DNA of 57,886 nucleotides from a virus (Duplodnaviria; Caudoviricetes): IMG/VR virus record IMGVR_UViG_3300045973_000815, positions 1-57,886 of that record, one strand, 5' to 3'. Every line of letters begins with the position of its first letter. Within the stretch, counting starts at the first letter, position 1. The position numbers were made by a program, and so were the translations under genes. Under the pieces are notes generated by a model that was given only the letters and a program-made list of their open reading frames with translations, made no database searches and had not been told where the DNA came from. This document shows, piece after piece, positions 46,547 through 54,831 of this stretch.

Positions 46547-47742
46547 CAGCCATGGCTGACGCGCGCCCCTTCCTGGTGACGGACAGCAGCGGAGCGCCAG
46601 TTCTGGGTGCGGCCGCGGGCATGGTGCTGACGTACGTCGACAAGGCGGGCGCGGCGCAGGCGTCACCGGGCATCACCGAGTTGGGCGGCGGGCTGTACCA
46701 GGTGTTGCCCACTGACGCCGACGAGACGGCCGGGCGCGTCGCCTACGTCGACTGCGGCGCGGGCAATGAGCCCCGGCGCATCACGCTGGCCATCCACAAG
46801 ACGGACAACAGCAACCAGTTCTTCGCCTTCCACGCCGAGGACACGGCTGGGGCGCTCTGGACGGGCGCTGCGCCGACGTTCGCCAGCTACACCGACAAGG
46901 CGGGCGGTGCGCGCACGGCGCCCACCCTGACGGCCATTGCAGCCGCGTACCTGTGGGTGGCCACGCCCAGCGCGGCTGACGTAACGGCCGACAGCGCGGG
47001 CCTCGTCCTCGTGGGCGGCCTACCGTGGGTGCAGCTGGCGACGGAGCCGGTGGCCTCGGGGACAACATCGGCGCTGACGGTGGTGACGGCCACCTACCCG
47101 GCGTCGTCGCCTGGCCTGTCGCACGTCCTGGACTTCGTCACGCGCGCGCAGGCTCGAGCGCTGGGCCAGTACCGCACGGCGTCGAAGTTCATGGCGCTGC
47201 TGGGCGAGTTGGGCGGCATCGTCCAGGGGCTCGAGGACGCCGTGTGGGGCCTCATCGACATGACGGCGGTGTCGACGGCCACAGGCATCTGGTTGGACCG
47301 CCTCGGCGCAGTCGTCGGTGAGGAGCGCGGAGGCGAGGCGGACGCGCTCTACCGCACCATCATCCAGGCCCGCATCATCGCCCTGCGCAGCAGCGGCACC
47401 GTCGAGAACATCATCGCCGCGCTGGTGCCCATCCTCGTTGCGACTGAGGGTGCAGGCTACACACTCGGCGTCGTTCAGTTCGCGCCTGCTGGACTCGAGT
47501 TGTCGCTTGGGCCAAGCGGCGCTGCCTTCAACTCCGGGACGCTCATCCAGCGCCTGGGCCGCATCATCAAGGCCGCGCGGGCTGCAGGCGTCGGCGTCTC
47601 CGTGCTGTACCCGTGCGGACCGGACGACCACAACTTCACGTTCGCGACGAGCGCAGCGCCCGAGGCGGACATCGACTTTGGATTCAGCAACACCTCAGCC
47701 CCGACGACTGGCGGCTGGTTCACTGGCGTAGTTCGCGCCTGA
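46543..47742 (+). CDS. Baseplate wedge (DUF2612-like C-terminus) with a duplicated N-terminal domain
   Basis: TATGIWLDRLGAVVGEER...YRTIIQARI; two YxDKAG repeats. Confidence 0.75.
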   Translation: MTAMADARPFLVTDSSGAPVLGAAAGMVLTYVDKAGAAQASPGITELGGGLYQVLPTDADETAGRVAYVDCGAGNEPRRITLAIHKTDNSNQFFAFHAEDTAGALWTGAAPTFASYTDKAGGARTAPTLTAIAAAYLWVATPSAADVTADSAGLVLVGGLPWVQLATEPVASGTTSALTVVTATYPASSPGLSHVLDFVTRAQARALGQYRTASKFMALLGELGGIVQGLEDAVWGLIDMTAVSTATGIWLDRLGAVVGEERGGEADALYRTIIQARIIALRSSGTVENIIAALVPILVATEGAGYTLGVVQFAPAGLELSLGPSGAAFNSGTLIQRLGRIIKAARAAGVGVSVLYPCGPDDHNFTFATSAAPEADIDFGFSNTSAPTTGGWFTGVVRA

Positions 47743-47751
47743 GGAGACGCA

Positions 47752-48825
47752 ATGAGTAAGCCGACTGTCCTGCCCGAGTGGGCCACAAGTGGAAGCGCCG
47801 CAGTCGTTGAACCCCTCATCGCCGAGAAGCAGCTTGGCTGGGTAGCCGCGACGAAGCCGCCAGCCCAGTGGTTTAACTGGTGGTTCAAACTCGTCTACCA
47901 GTGGATTGTCTGGCTCGACGCCTTCGAGTCGACCGCGCACACCTGGTCGGCCATCCAGACGTTCAACTCGAATGCGACGTTCGGCGCGGGCGTCACGGTC
48001 ACCATCACGGACACGCTCCAGATGGGCGGCAGCAGCAACGCCTACTTCAACGGCGGCTCATTCACCGGAGGCACGCTTTCGCTTCAGCCTCCCGATGCCG
48101 TCACGCCGTCCATCGTCGGCGTCGCAGCTGGAGCTGGGCGCCGTCTCTTCCTCCGCTGGCAGGTGCAGACGACGCCGGCCATCTACGCGCGCATCTACGC
48201 CTCGCCACCGGCATCGGGCGCCACCAACGGCATGGGGGCGGGCCTCGAATTCACCTACAACTGCGCGTGGAACGGCAGCGCCTGGGTTCGGGACAGCGCA
48301 ACGCAGACGTACGGGCGCGTCGTCCTCGGCCAGGGACTGCAGGTGTACGCCAACAACGACACCACCCCGCTGCTGATGCTGGGCGCGAAGGACGCCGGCA
48401 CCTACAACGGCGGATTCCAGACGGGCTACACCGCGCGCGACATGCTGGTGCTGGACTCGGGCGGGCGTATCGTCGTTGGGCAGGAGCAGACGCAGAACGG
48501 ATGGGCCAACGTCTCCCTGGCCGCGAACAACGCTGCAGCAGCAGGGTACGCAGCCCCTCGCTACGTGCGCGACAGCATGGGATTCGCCCACTTCGAGGGC
48601 ATGTCCAACATCACGTCGGCGATCGTCAACGGGACGCAGATTGCGACACTTGATGCCTCCGTTCGACCGAGCGCGTACAGCCGGTTCCATGTTCCTGTCG
48701 ACACCGGAACAAGCACTGGCGCCTACCTGGAGATCGACACGTCGGGAAACGTCTCGCTCTTCTTTGGCGGCACGTTCCCGATCGCCACGAATGTGCTCTG
48801 GAACTTCAGTTTCAAGGCGGTGTGA
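47752..48825 (+). CDS. Tail fibre protein
   Basis: KQLGW...KPPAQWFNWW N-terminal anchor; IATLDASVRP tip. Confidence 0.82.
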   Translation: MSKPTVLPEWATSGSAAVVEPLIAEKQLGWVAATKPPAQWFNWWFKLVYQWIVWLDAFESTAHTWSAIQTFNSNATFGAGVTVTITDTLQMGGSSNAYFNGGSFTGGTLSLQPPDAVTPSIVGVAAGAGRRLFLRWQVQTTPAIYARIYASPPASGATNGMGAGLEFTYNCAWNGSAWVRDSATQTYGRVVLGQGLQVYANNDTTPLLMLGAKDAGTYNGGFQTGYTARDMLVLDSGGRIVVGQEQTQNGWANVSLAANNAAAAGYAAPRYVRDSMGFAHFEGMSNITSAIVNGTQIATLDASVRPSAYSRFHVPVDTGTSTGAYLEIDTSGNVSLFFGGTFPIATNVLWNFSFKAV

Positions 48826-48869
48826 TTTCGGCACTGCCGCAAAGGCTGCGTGGGGGTTAAGTCTGAGTC

Positions 48870-49247
48870 ATGAGCGACGCCCCCCACGCCGCCCCCTGCA
48901 GTGAATGCCAGCGGGTAGTTGCAGATCGTCTGGATGCCATCGAGCGGAAGATGCGCGAGCACTTTTCGCCCACTCTGGATGACCACGAGGACCGCCTGGA
49001 CAAGATCGAGCCGCAGCTGGATACGGTGCGGCGCGACCTCATTGCAGTGCGTGCCGACATGGGCACCGTGCGCAGCGAGGTGTCGGGGCTTCGCACCGAC
49101 GTGGGGCGCATCGCAAATGCGCAGACGGCCCAGTCGCTGCTGCAGGAGAAGACCTTCGACGTCCTGGCCACCGTCTCCAAGCACGTCAAGCGCCTCATCG
49201 AGATTCAGGAGCCTCGCAGCATCATCGTGGAGGCCTCCAATGGATGA
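48870..49247 (+). CDS. Coiled-coil hypothetical protein (lysis region)
   Basis: Heptad repeats. Confidence 0.65.
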   Translation: MSDAPHAAPCSECQRVVADRLDAIERKMREHFSPTLDDHEDRLDKIEPQLDTVRRDLIAVRADMGTVRSEVSGLRTDVGRIANAQTAQSLLQEKTFDVLATVSKHVKRLIEIQEPRSIIVEASNG

Positions 49248-49629
49248 CGGCTCGGTGGAGCTCCTGAAGCTGGTGGGCACGGGCGGCGGCGGCATCGTCG
49301 CGTGGAAGATCGTCGAGACGCTCATCGGCGCTCGCTTCAAGAAGGCCGACAAGACCGAAGAGCACGCAGAGGCGGCGAAGGTCCAGGCCGAGCGGGCTGT
49401 CGCCGAGGACGTGAAGCAGCTCCGGGCGGACATGTCGGAGGTGAAGACCGACCTGCGCGTCCTGCTCGAGAAGCTCTCGCGGAACGACGAGGAAGTCCGG
49501 GCGGTGAAGGCCCGCGTCGAGGGCCTGTCGTCGAACTACGGCGCGAGGCTCGCTGCGCTCGAGGCCACCGTCGTCGAGGTGAAGACGAAGCTGGCGTCGG
49601 TTGAGGACTCGCGGAGGGTTCGCAAGTGA
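49240..49629 (+). CDS. TM plus coiled-coil protein, holin/antiholin-like
   Basis: N-terminal hydrophobic segment; GGAGG RBS; upstream of the endolysin. Confidence 0.6.
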   Translation: MDDGSVELLKLVGTGGGGIVAWKIVETLIGARFKKADKTEEHAEAAKVQAERAVAEDVKQLRADMSEVKTDLRVLLEKLSRNDEEVRAVKARVEGLSSNYGARLAALEATVVEVKTKLASVEDSRRVRK

Positions 49630-50168
49630 CGCCCCTGCGCTTCGACGAGAAGGTGGTGGACGCCGCGCTGCGGCAGGTCGGCCTCCCGTACGTCTGGGCC
49701 GGAAACGGCGACTGGGCTGTGCGCGTCGACCCGCTGGACGGCCAGGCGAAGAACGTACCGGTGCGCCAGCTTGGCTGCGACTCGCTGGCGTTCGATTGCG
49801 TCGGCCTGGTGAAGTGGGCAGCGCTGGCGTCGGGCGCCCCTGACCTCCGAGGCTGGTGGAACGCGGACCACCTCTGGCACCTGCTGCCCGACATGGAGCC
49901 GACCGAGCAGCCTGGCTGGAATCGGCTCATCTTCTTCGGCTCGAACGGGCGCGCGTCGCACATCGAGCTCGACCTGGGTCGTGGCGTGTCGCTCGGCGCA
50001 GCTGGCGGCGACCACACCACCCTTACCTACGCAGACGCGCTGAAGCGCGGAGCTCGCGTCCGGGTCGCCCGCATCACGCGCGGCGACGTGCTGGGCTACC
50101 GAAGCCTGGCAGCTGTGCTTCGCCTCCCGGTCCGCCCGGGTCCATTCCCCGTCACGCTTTCCACCTGA
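49626..50168 (+). CDS. NlpC/P60 peptidase, probable endolysin
   Basis: GLPYVWAG, FDCVGLV, SHIEL. Confidence 0.87.
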   Translation: MTPLRFDEKVVDAALRQVGLPYVWAGNGDWAVRVDPLDGQAKNVPVRQLGCDSLAFDCVGLVKWAALASGAPDLRGWWNADHLWHLLPDMEPTEQPGWNRLIFFGSNGRASHIELDLGRGVSLGAAGGDHTTLTYADALKRGARVRVARITRGDVLGYRSLAAVLRLPVRPGPFPVTLST

Positions 50169-50174
50169 GGTTCA

Positions 50175-50190
50175 ATGCAAACGTTTGCAC
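50175..50190. promoter_or_regulatory. 16-bp palindromic site over the holin-like start codon
   Basis: ATGCAAACGTTTGCAC. Confidence 0.7.
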
Positions 50191-50765
50191 TGCGCGCCGT
50201 CCGCTTCGCCATCACGTTCATCGGCTTCTCCCTGGTCCTCGCGGCCGTCGTCCTGCCCATCCAGGCCTTCGGGGCTGACGCACCAATTCCCCCGCCCGAG
50301 CCTTCGACGTGGGGCCTGGTCTGGCAGGGCCTCATCGGCCTCGCCGGCACCGTCCTGACGGTCGTCATGGCCATCATCGGCTCCGCCATCCGCGCGAAGG
50401 CGAAGGACTCCAAGTTCGGCGCCATCGTCAGCCAGTTGTGGGTGATGGTGCAGGCGGCCGTTGCGCACGCCGAGGCGGACCTCCGCCCGAAGCTGCAGAA
50501 GGCGCTCGAGGACGGTAGCTTGTCGCCCGAGGAAGGCGTGGAGTTGAAGAAGGCCGTCATCGACGAGCTCAAGATCATCGGCGCGGAGCAACTCCAGGGC
50601 CTCGTGAAGTCGTTCGGGTTGCCCGAGGGCGCCATCAACACGATGCTGTCGGGCCTCGTCGAGCGCGCCGTCTCGCTGCTGAAGGTGACGCCGGTGCCCT
50701 CTCCGCTGGCCACCACGTCGCCAGGTGAGGCGCCTGCGCCGGTTGCGCCAGCGTCCCCTCAGTAG
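50175..50765 (+). CDS. Holin-like membrane protein
   Basis: Two hydrophobic segments, VQAAVAHAE helix, Pro-rich tail; follows the endolysin. Confidence 0.65.
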   Translation: MQTFALRAVRFAITFIGFSLVLAAVVLPIQAFGADAPIPPPEPSTWGLVWQGLIGLAGTVLTVVMAIIGSAIRAKAKDSKFGAIVSQLWVMVQAAVAHAEADLRPKLQKALEDGSLSPEEGVELKKAVIDELKIIGAEQLQGLVKSFGLPEGAINTMLSGLVERAVSLLKVTPVPSPLATTSPGEAPAPVAPASPQ

Positions 50766-50839
50766 CCCACCCCGGGGAGACCGTCGCGTCTGACGCCCCC
50801 AGGCTGGACCCGGTCAAGCAGGACGTCCGGGACGGCCTG

Positions 50840-51043
50840 ATGCGGGCGGAGGCGCTGCCGGTCGGCGGTGGGTACGTCGAAGCCAGCGCGGGTTTCGACC
50901 TCCGTCGTGGACTGAATGCAGCGGCCTTCGCCCGCATCGAGGCTGGCGCACATCCGCTGCGCCCGTTGACGTTGTTCGGATACGCCGAGACACACTTCAT
51001 GGGCGACCTCGAGGCTGGCGTCGGAGCGCGTCTGGCCTGGTGA
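50840..51043 (+). CDS. Small beta-strand protein ending in a beta-signal-like motif (may be a frameshift extension)
   Basis: Amphipathic strands ending LEAGVGARLAW. Confidence 0.55.
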   Translation: MRAEALPVGGGYVEASAGFDLRRGLNAAAFARIEAGAHPLRPLTLFGYAETHFMGDLEAGVGARLAW

Positions 51044-51109
51044 TGATCCGCCGCAGCTGGTGCTGATCGCACCTGTTGCGCGGTCGCCTGCGTCGGTAGC
51101 TTGCTGGGC

Positions 51110-51538
51110 ATGGGCAAGTCCACGACCTTCAGCAATGACCTCCTCAAGGCGATCCTGAATGCGACGCCGATCGCCAACCTGCTCGACAACGCAGCTACGG
51201 CTCCGCTGACGAACCTATACGTCGCGCTCCACAGCGCCGACCCAGGCGCTGGTGGCACGCAGTCCACCAACGAGATCGCCTACACCGGCTACGCGCGTGT
51301 CGCGGTGCTGCGCACGTCGGGCGGTTGGATTGTCACCAGCACCAGCGTCAGCCCGGCTGCCACCGTCAGCTTCCCTGCAGGCACTGCCGGTACTGGGACG
51401 GCGACGTTCTGGAGCGTCGGTGTCGCTGCATCGGGCGCCACGAAGATTCTCTACTCGGGCCCCGTCTCGCCCAGCATCGCGTGCGGCGCCGGAATCACGC
51501 CGCAGTTGACGACGGCCAGCACCATCACCGAGAGCTGA
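51110..51538 (+). CDS. Tail-fibre-associated structural protein
   Basis: LYVALHSADPG...NEIAYTGYARVAV motif. Confidence 0.8.
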   Translation: MGKSTTFSNDLLKAILNATPIANLLDNAATAPLTNLYVALHSADPGAGGTQSTNEIAYTGYARVAVLRTSGGWIVTSTSVSPAATVSFPAGTAGTGTATFWSVGVAASGATKILYSGPVSPSIACGAGITPQLTTASTITES

Positions 51539-51539
51539 T

Positions 51540-51743
51540 ATGGAACCGGTCGCCACCATCACGCTGACGCTGCGCAAGAACGGGGAGCTCGATGTCTCGG
51601 GCCCCACCGCAAACCGGCTCGTCTTCCTCGGCATGCTCGAGCTCGCCCGCGACTCGGTGAACCACTACCACCATGAGGCCAGCAAGCTGGTGCAGCCCGC
51701 CGGCCCGCGCCTCGCTGAAGTCCTGAAGGGGAGCCCCCGATGA
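51540..51743 (+). CDS. Hypothetical protein
   Basis: V.GP......LGMLELA; coupled to neighbours. Confidence 0.65.
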   Translation: MEPVATITLTLRKNGELDVSGPTANRLVFLGMLELARDSVNHYHHEASKLVQPAGPRLAEVLKGSPR

Positions 51744-52222
51744 GGCACGCCCCGCCACCCATCCCGATGCTCGAGCGAGACGATCTGCTGTACTTGGCAG
51801 GCATCTTCGACGGCGAGGGCTGCTGCTCGATCTCCAAGCACCGCGCGCACGCGGGCCGCGACTACTTCTCGTACACGCCGAGTTGGAAGATCGTCCTCAC
51901 CCACGAGGAGACGATCAGCTTCCTCGCCTCGAAGCTCGGCCGCCCCTACGCGTTTCAGAAGGCACGCGTGGGGAAGAACTGGAAGAACTCCTACCGGCTG
52001 CTCATCAACGACTTCGTCGGCATCCACACCGTTCTTCAGCAACTGCTCCCGCACCTGCACGTCAAGCGCGACGCCGCGATCGTCATGATCCGCTTCTGCG
52101 AGTCGCGGATGCGGAAGCCGGGCGACGCCTACCACCGTCCCTTCACCGAAGCGGACATCGCCATGCATCTGTCGCTTCGCGGCTTGAACGCGAAGGGCAT
52201 CACCGCACCCGAGGAGGTGTAA
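51740..52222 (+). CDS. Single-motif LAGLIDADG homing endonuclease
   Basis: LLYLAGIFDGEGC; LLPHLHVKR. Confidence 0.88.
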   Translation: MRHAPPPIPMLERDDLLYLAGIFDGEGCCSISKHRAHAGRDYFSYTPSWKIVLTHEETISFLASKLGRPYAFQKARVGKNWKNSYRLLINDFVGIHTVLQQLLPHLHVKRDAAIVMIRFCESRMRKPGDAYHRPFTEADIAMHLSLRGLNAKGITAPEEV

Positions 52223-52223
52223 T

Positions 52224-52790
52224 TTGTCGCTTCAGACCTGGCAGGAAACCCTCGTTGTCGGCACCACGGACGGCCCCACGCTCACCGCGGCGGCGCGTGC
52301 GAGCTGTATCCCCGTCGCGAACAGAATCATTTTGCCCAACAACTACTTCTACGTCGGGCGCATCCTGAAGATCATGATGAGCGGCCGCATCTCGTGCGCC
52401 GTCACCACGCCAGGCACCGCAAGGTTCGATATCTGCCTCGGGTCGGCCGGCACGACCATCGTGTTCGACACATTGGCGCTGGGCCTCAACATCGTCGCGA
52501 AGACGACGGTGCCCTGGTACTTCGAGTGCAAGTTGGTGTGCCGCTCGGTGGGCAATGCGACCGCGACCACGTTCTTCCCGTTCGGCGCGTACTTCGCGTC
52601 GGAAGCGGTGGTCGGCAGCGCGCTCCCTGCGGCTGGCGGCAACGGCTCGCTGCTCGTGCCCGTCGCGGCTCCTGCAGTCGGCGCCGGATTCGACAACACG
52701 GCGGCCTCGGCCCTCGATGTGTTTTTCACGCAGACCGTGGCCACCGGCAGCTTGACCGTCCACAACTACCAAGTCGATTCGTTGAATTAG
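52224..52790 (+). CDS. Putative virion beta-sandwich protein
   Basis: GAGGAGGT RBS with TTG; beta-rich composition. Confidence 0.7.
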   Translation: MSLQTWQETLVVGTTDGPTLTAAARASCIPVANRIILPNNYFYVGRILKIMMSGRISCAVTTPGTARFDICLGSAGTTIVFDTLALGLNIVAKTTVPWYFECKLVCRSVGNATATTFFPFGAYFASEAVVGSALPAAGGNGSLLVPVAAPAVGAGFDNTAASALDVFFTQTVATGSLTVHNYQVDSLN

Positions 52791-52801
52791 TCGGAGGCGT
52801 C

Positions 52802-53212
52802 ATGCCCATCCAGTCGGGACGTGTCGGTGCCAGCGGCGTCGTGGGGGTGCCTGCGCTGCGCACGGCGTCCTCGCTGGACCCGTCGCGTGCCATGCGCGCC
52901 AGCGGCGGCGGCCCGATGGGGAGCGGCATCCTGCGCAGCGGCTGGCGGCCTGCGCCGTTCAGGTCGCCTACCCTCGACGACCACGGGAACGTCATCACGG
53001 GCGTCACCCGCGACAGCACGGGCACGCCGCTGCCCTCGGTGACGGTCGACTTGTACCTGACAGCCACTGACCAGCGCGTCGACAGCACCGTCAGCGACGG
53101 CGCGGGGAACTTTACCTTCGGCGCGACGGCAGGCCCCTACTACTTGGTCGCGTACAAGGTGGGCACGCCCGACGTCAGCGGCACCTCGGTGAACACGCTC
53201 ACGGGGGTCTGA
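52802..53212 (+). CDS. Ig-like (carboxypeptidase-regulatory-like) domain protein
   Basis: ITGVTRDSTGTPLPSVTVDL...SDGAGNFTF. Confidence 0.72.
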   Translation: MPIQSGRVGASGVVGVPALRTASSLDPSRAMRASGGGPMGSGILRSGWRPAPFRSPTLDDHGNVITGVTRDSTGTPLPSVTVDLYLTATDQRVDSTVSDGAGNFTFGATAGPYYLVAYKVGTPDVSGTSVNTLTGV

Positions 53213-53216
53213 CCTC

Positions 53217-54506
53217 GTGGTCGATGTCTTCCTCTACTCCGGTGCGGCATCGCCCACCGACGTAGTGCTCAGTGACCCAACAGTCCTGCGCACTTCTGGC
53301 GGAATCGTCTCGGCAACCGGCGCAGCTGCTGGCAGCGCGAGTGCGAGCGGTACCGGCGCGTCGACGGCAGAGTCCATTGCGAGCTCGACTGGCGTGGGCT
53401 CCGCCTCCGCAGTCGGGGCGACGGGCGGCAGTACCGTCTCTGCCACCGGCACTGCTGCAGGCACGGGTGCGGCATCGGCGGTTGGCGCGTCCCTCGTCGC
53501 GGCGACAGGTACATCCACAGGCGTCGGTTCCGCTGTAGGCACAGGGCTGGCTCTCGCCCCTGCAACTGCCACCTCTGTAGGCGTCGGCGCAGCAACCGCT
53601 ACGGGCGCAAGCCAGGCCGCGTCCACGGCGAGCTCTCCCGGCATCGGTGCAGCGGCGGCAACTGGCGCCTCACTCGCAGCCAGCGTGGGCACCAGCGCCG
53701 GCGTCGGCGCGGCGGCTGCGTCCAGCAGCTCTGGCACGACGTCGCAGGCCGTTGGCACGTCGGCGGGAACAGGTGCTGCCGCTGCGACTGGCGCGGCCCT
53801 CTCGGCCAGTGTCGGCACGTCAGCAGGCGTTGGCGCAGTAGCTGCGACCGGGGCGGCACTCGATGCGGCCACTGCGACGTCGGCTGGCGTCGGTGCGGCG
53901 TCAGCCACGGGGCGCTCTTTGGCTGCCTCTGTGGCGGCCAGCGCGGGCGCTGGTTCCGCATCGGCCGTCGGCCAGGCGTTGGGTGGGGGTTCGACTGCCA
54001 GCGCGTCAGGGGCGGCCGTGGCGGCGGCTGTGGGGGCGTCCCTGGTTGCGGCTGTCGCGACGTCGGCAGGCGGCGCCGTACCTACTGGCGTCGGGGCTGC
54101 TCGAGCGGCTGCCACTGGAACTTCGGCTGGCGCTGGCGCAGCGACTGCTACGGCTGCCTCAGTTGCGGCTGGCACGGGCACCTCGACGGGTACCTCGACG
54201 ACAGCGGCCACCGGAGCCTTCAGCTTCAGCGGCAACGTCGGCGCGGCTGCGGGTACGTCCACCGTCAGCGGCGTGGGGCGCGCCCTGGTGGCTGCGACGG
54301 GCACGGCCAGCGGCACCTCAACCGCCCTCGCCGTCTTCGCGGGCGTGACGGGTGACGTCGCCGGGGCTGTGGTGCTGCTGGGCAACGGGCGCACGTCCGT
54401 CGTCATCACCTCCCCCAGTGCGGCCTCGGGTGCAGCAGTTGCTGGGCGTGGCTCCACTGGCTCGACAGTGCTGGGCAGCGGCGTCACGCGCGCGCTGGTA
54501 GGGTGA
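53217..54506 (+). CDS. Ala/Gly/Ser/Thr repeat fibre-like protein
   Basis: About 20-aa repeats resembling GTSAGVGAAAATGASLAASV. Confidence 0.8.
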   Translation: MVDVFLYSGAASPTDVVLSDPTVLRTSGGIVSATGAAAGSASASGTGASTAESIASSTGVGSASAVGATGGSTVSATGTAAGTGAASAVGASLVAATGTSTGVGSAVGTGLALAPATATSVGVGAATATGASQAASTASSPGIGAAAATGASLAASVGTSAGVGAAAASSSSGTTSQAVGTSAGTGAAAATGAALSASVGTSAGVGAVAATGAALDAATATSAGVGAASATGRSLAASVAASAGAGSASAVGQALGGGSTASASGAAVAAAVGASLVAAVATSAGGAVPTGVGAARAAATGTSAGAGAATATAASVAAGTGTSTGTSTTAATGAFSFSGNVGAAAGTSTVSGVGRALVAATGTASGTSTALAVFAGVTGDVAGAVVLLGNGRTSVVITSPSAASGAAVAGRGSTGSTVLGSGVTRALVG

Positions 54507-54510
54507 CGCC

Positions 54511-54831
54511 ATGGCTGACGACTTCACCATCGCGAAGGGCGACCTCCTGCCGGTGCTCGAGGCAGAGTTGCAGCCGGCGCCAGGGCAGACATTCACCCTC
54601 GCCGGGGCCACCGTCATGTTCCGCATGTGGAGCAAGCGCGCAGTCGCCGACAAAGTGAATGCGCCATGCACCATCATCGACGCAGTGGCGCGCACCGTCC
54701 GCTACACTTGGCTGGCGGGAGACACGGACACCGCCGAGGGCTACCTCGGTCAATTCGTCGTCACCTTCCCCGGTGGCAACGTCCAGCACTTCCCCAACGA
54801 CACGGCGAAAGTCATCCGCGTCACTCCTTGA
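54511..54831 (+). CDS. BppU N-terminal-like protein
   Basis: FTIAKGDLLP, VRYTWLAGDTDT.G...F.VTFPGG...FPN. Confidence 0.75.
   Translation: MADDFTIAKGDLLPVLEAELQPAPGQTFTLAGATVMFRMWSKRAVADKVNAPCTIIDAVARTVRYTWLAGDTDTAEGYLGQFVVTFPGGNVQHFPNDTAKVIRVTP

Noticed and set aside
51540-52224. Group I intron around the LAGLIDADG gene
   Set aside because: The gene overlaps or abuts intact neighbours, leaving no room for a ribozyme core.
53234-54487. 417-aa antisense ORF over the repeat protein
   Set aside because: Low-complexity A/P/V/T mirror of the Ala/Gly/Thr codons with no independent motif, unlike the intein HNH.
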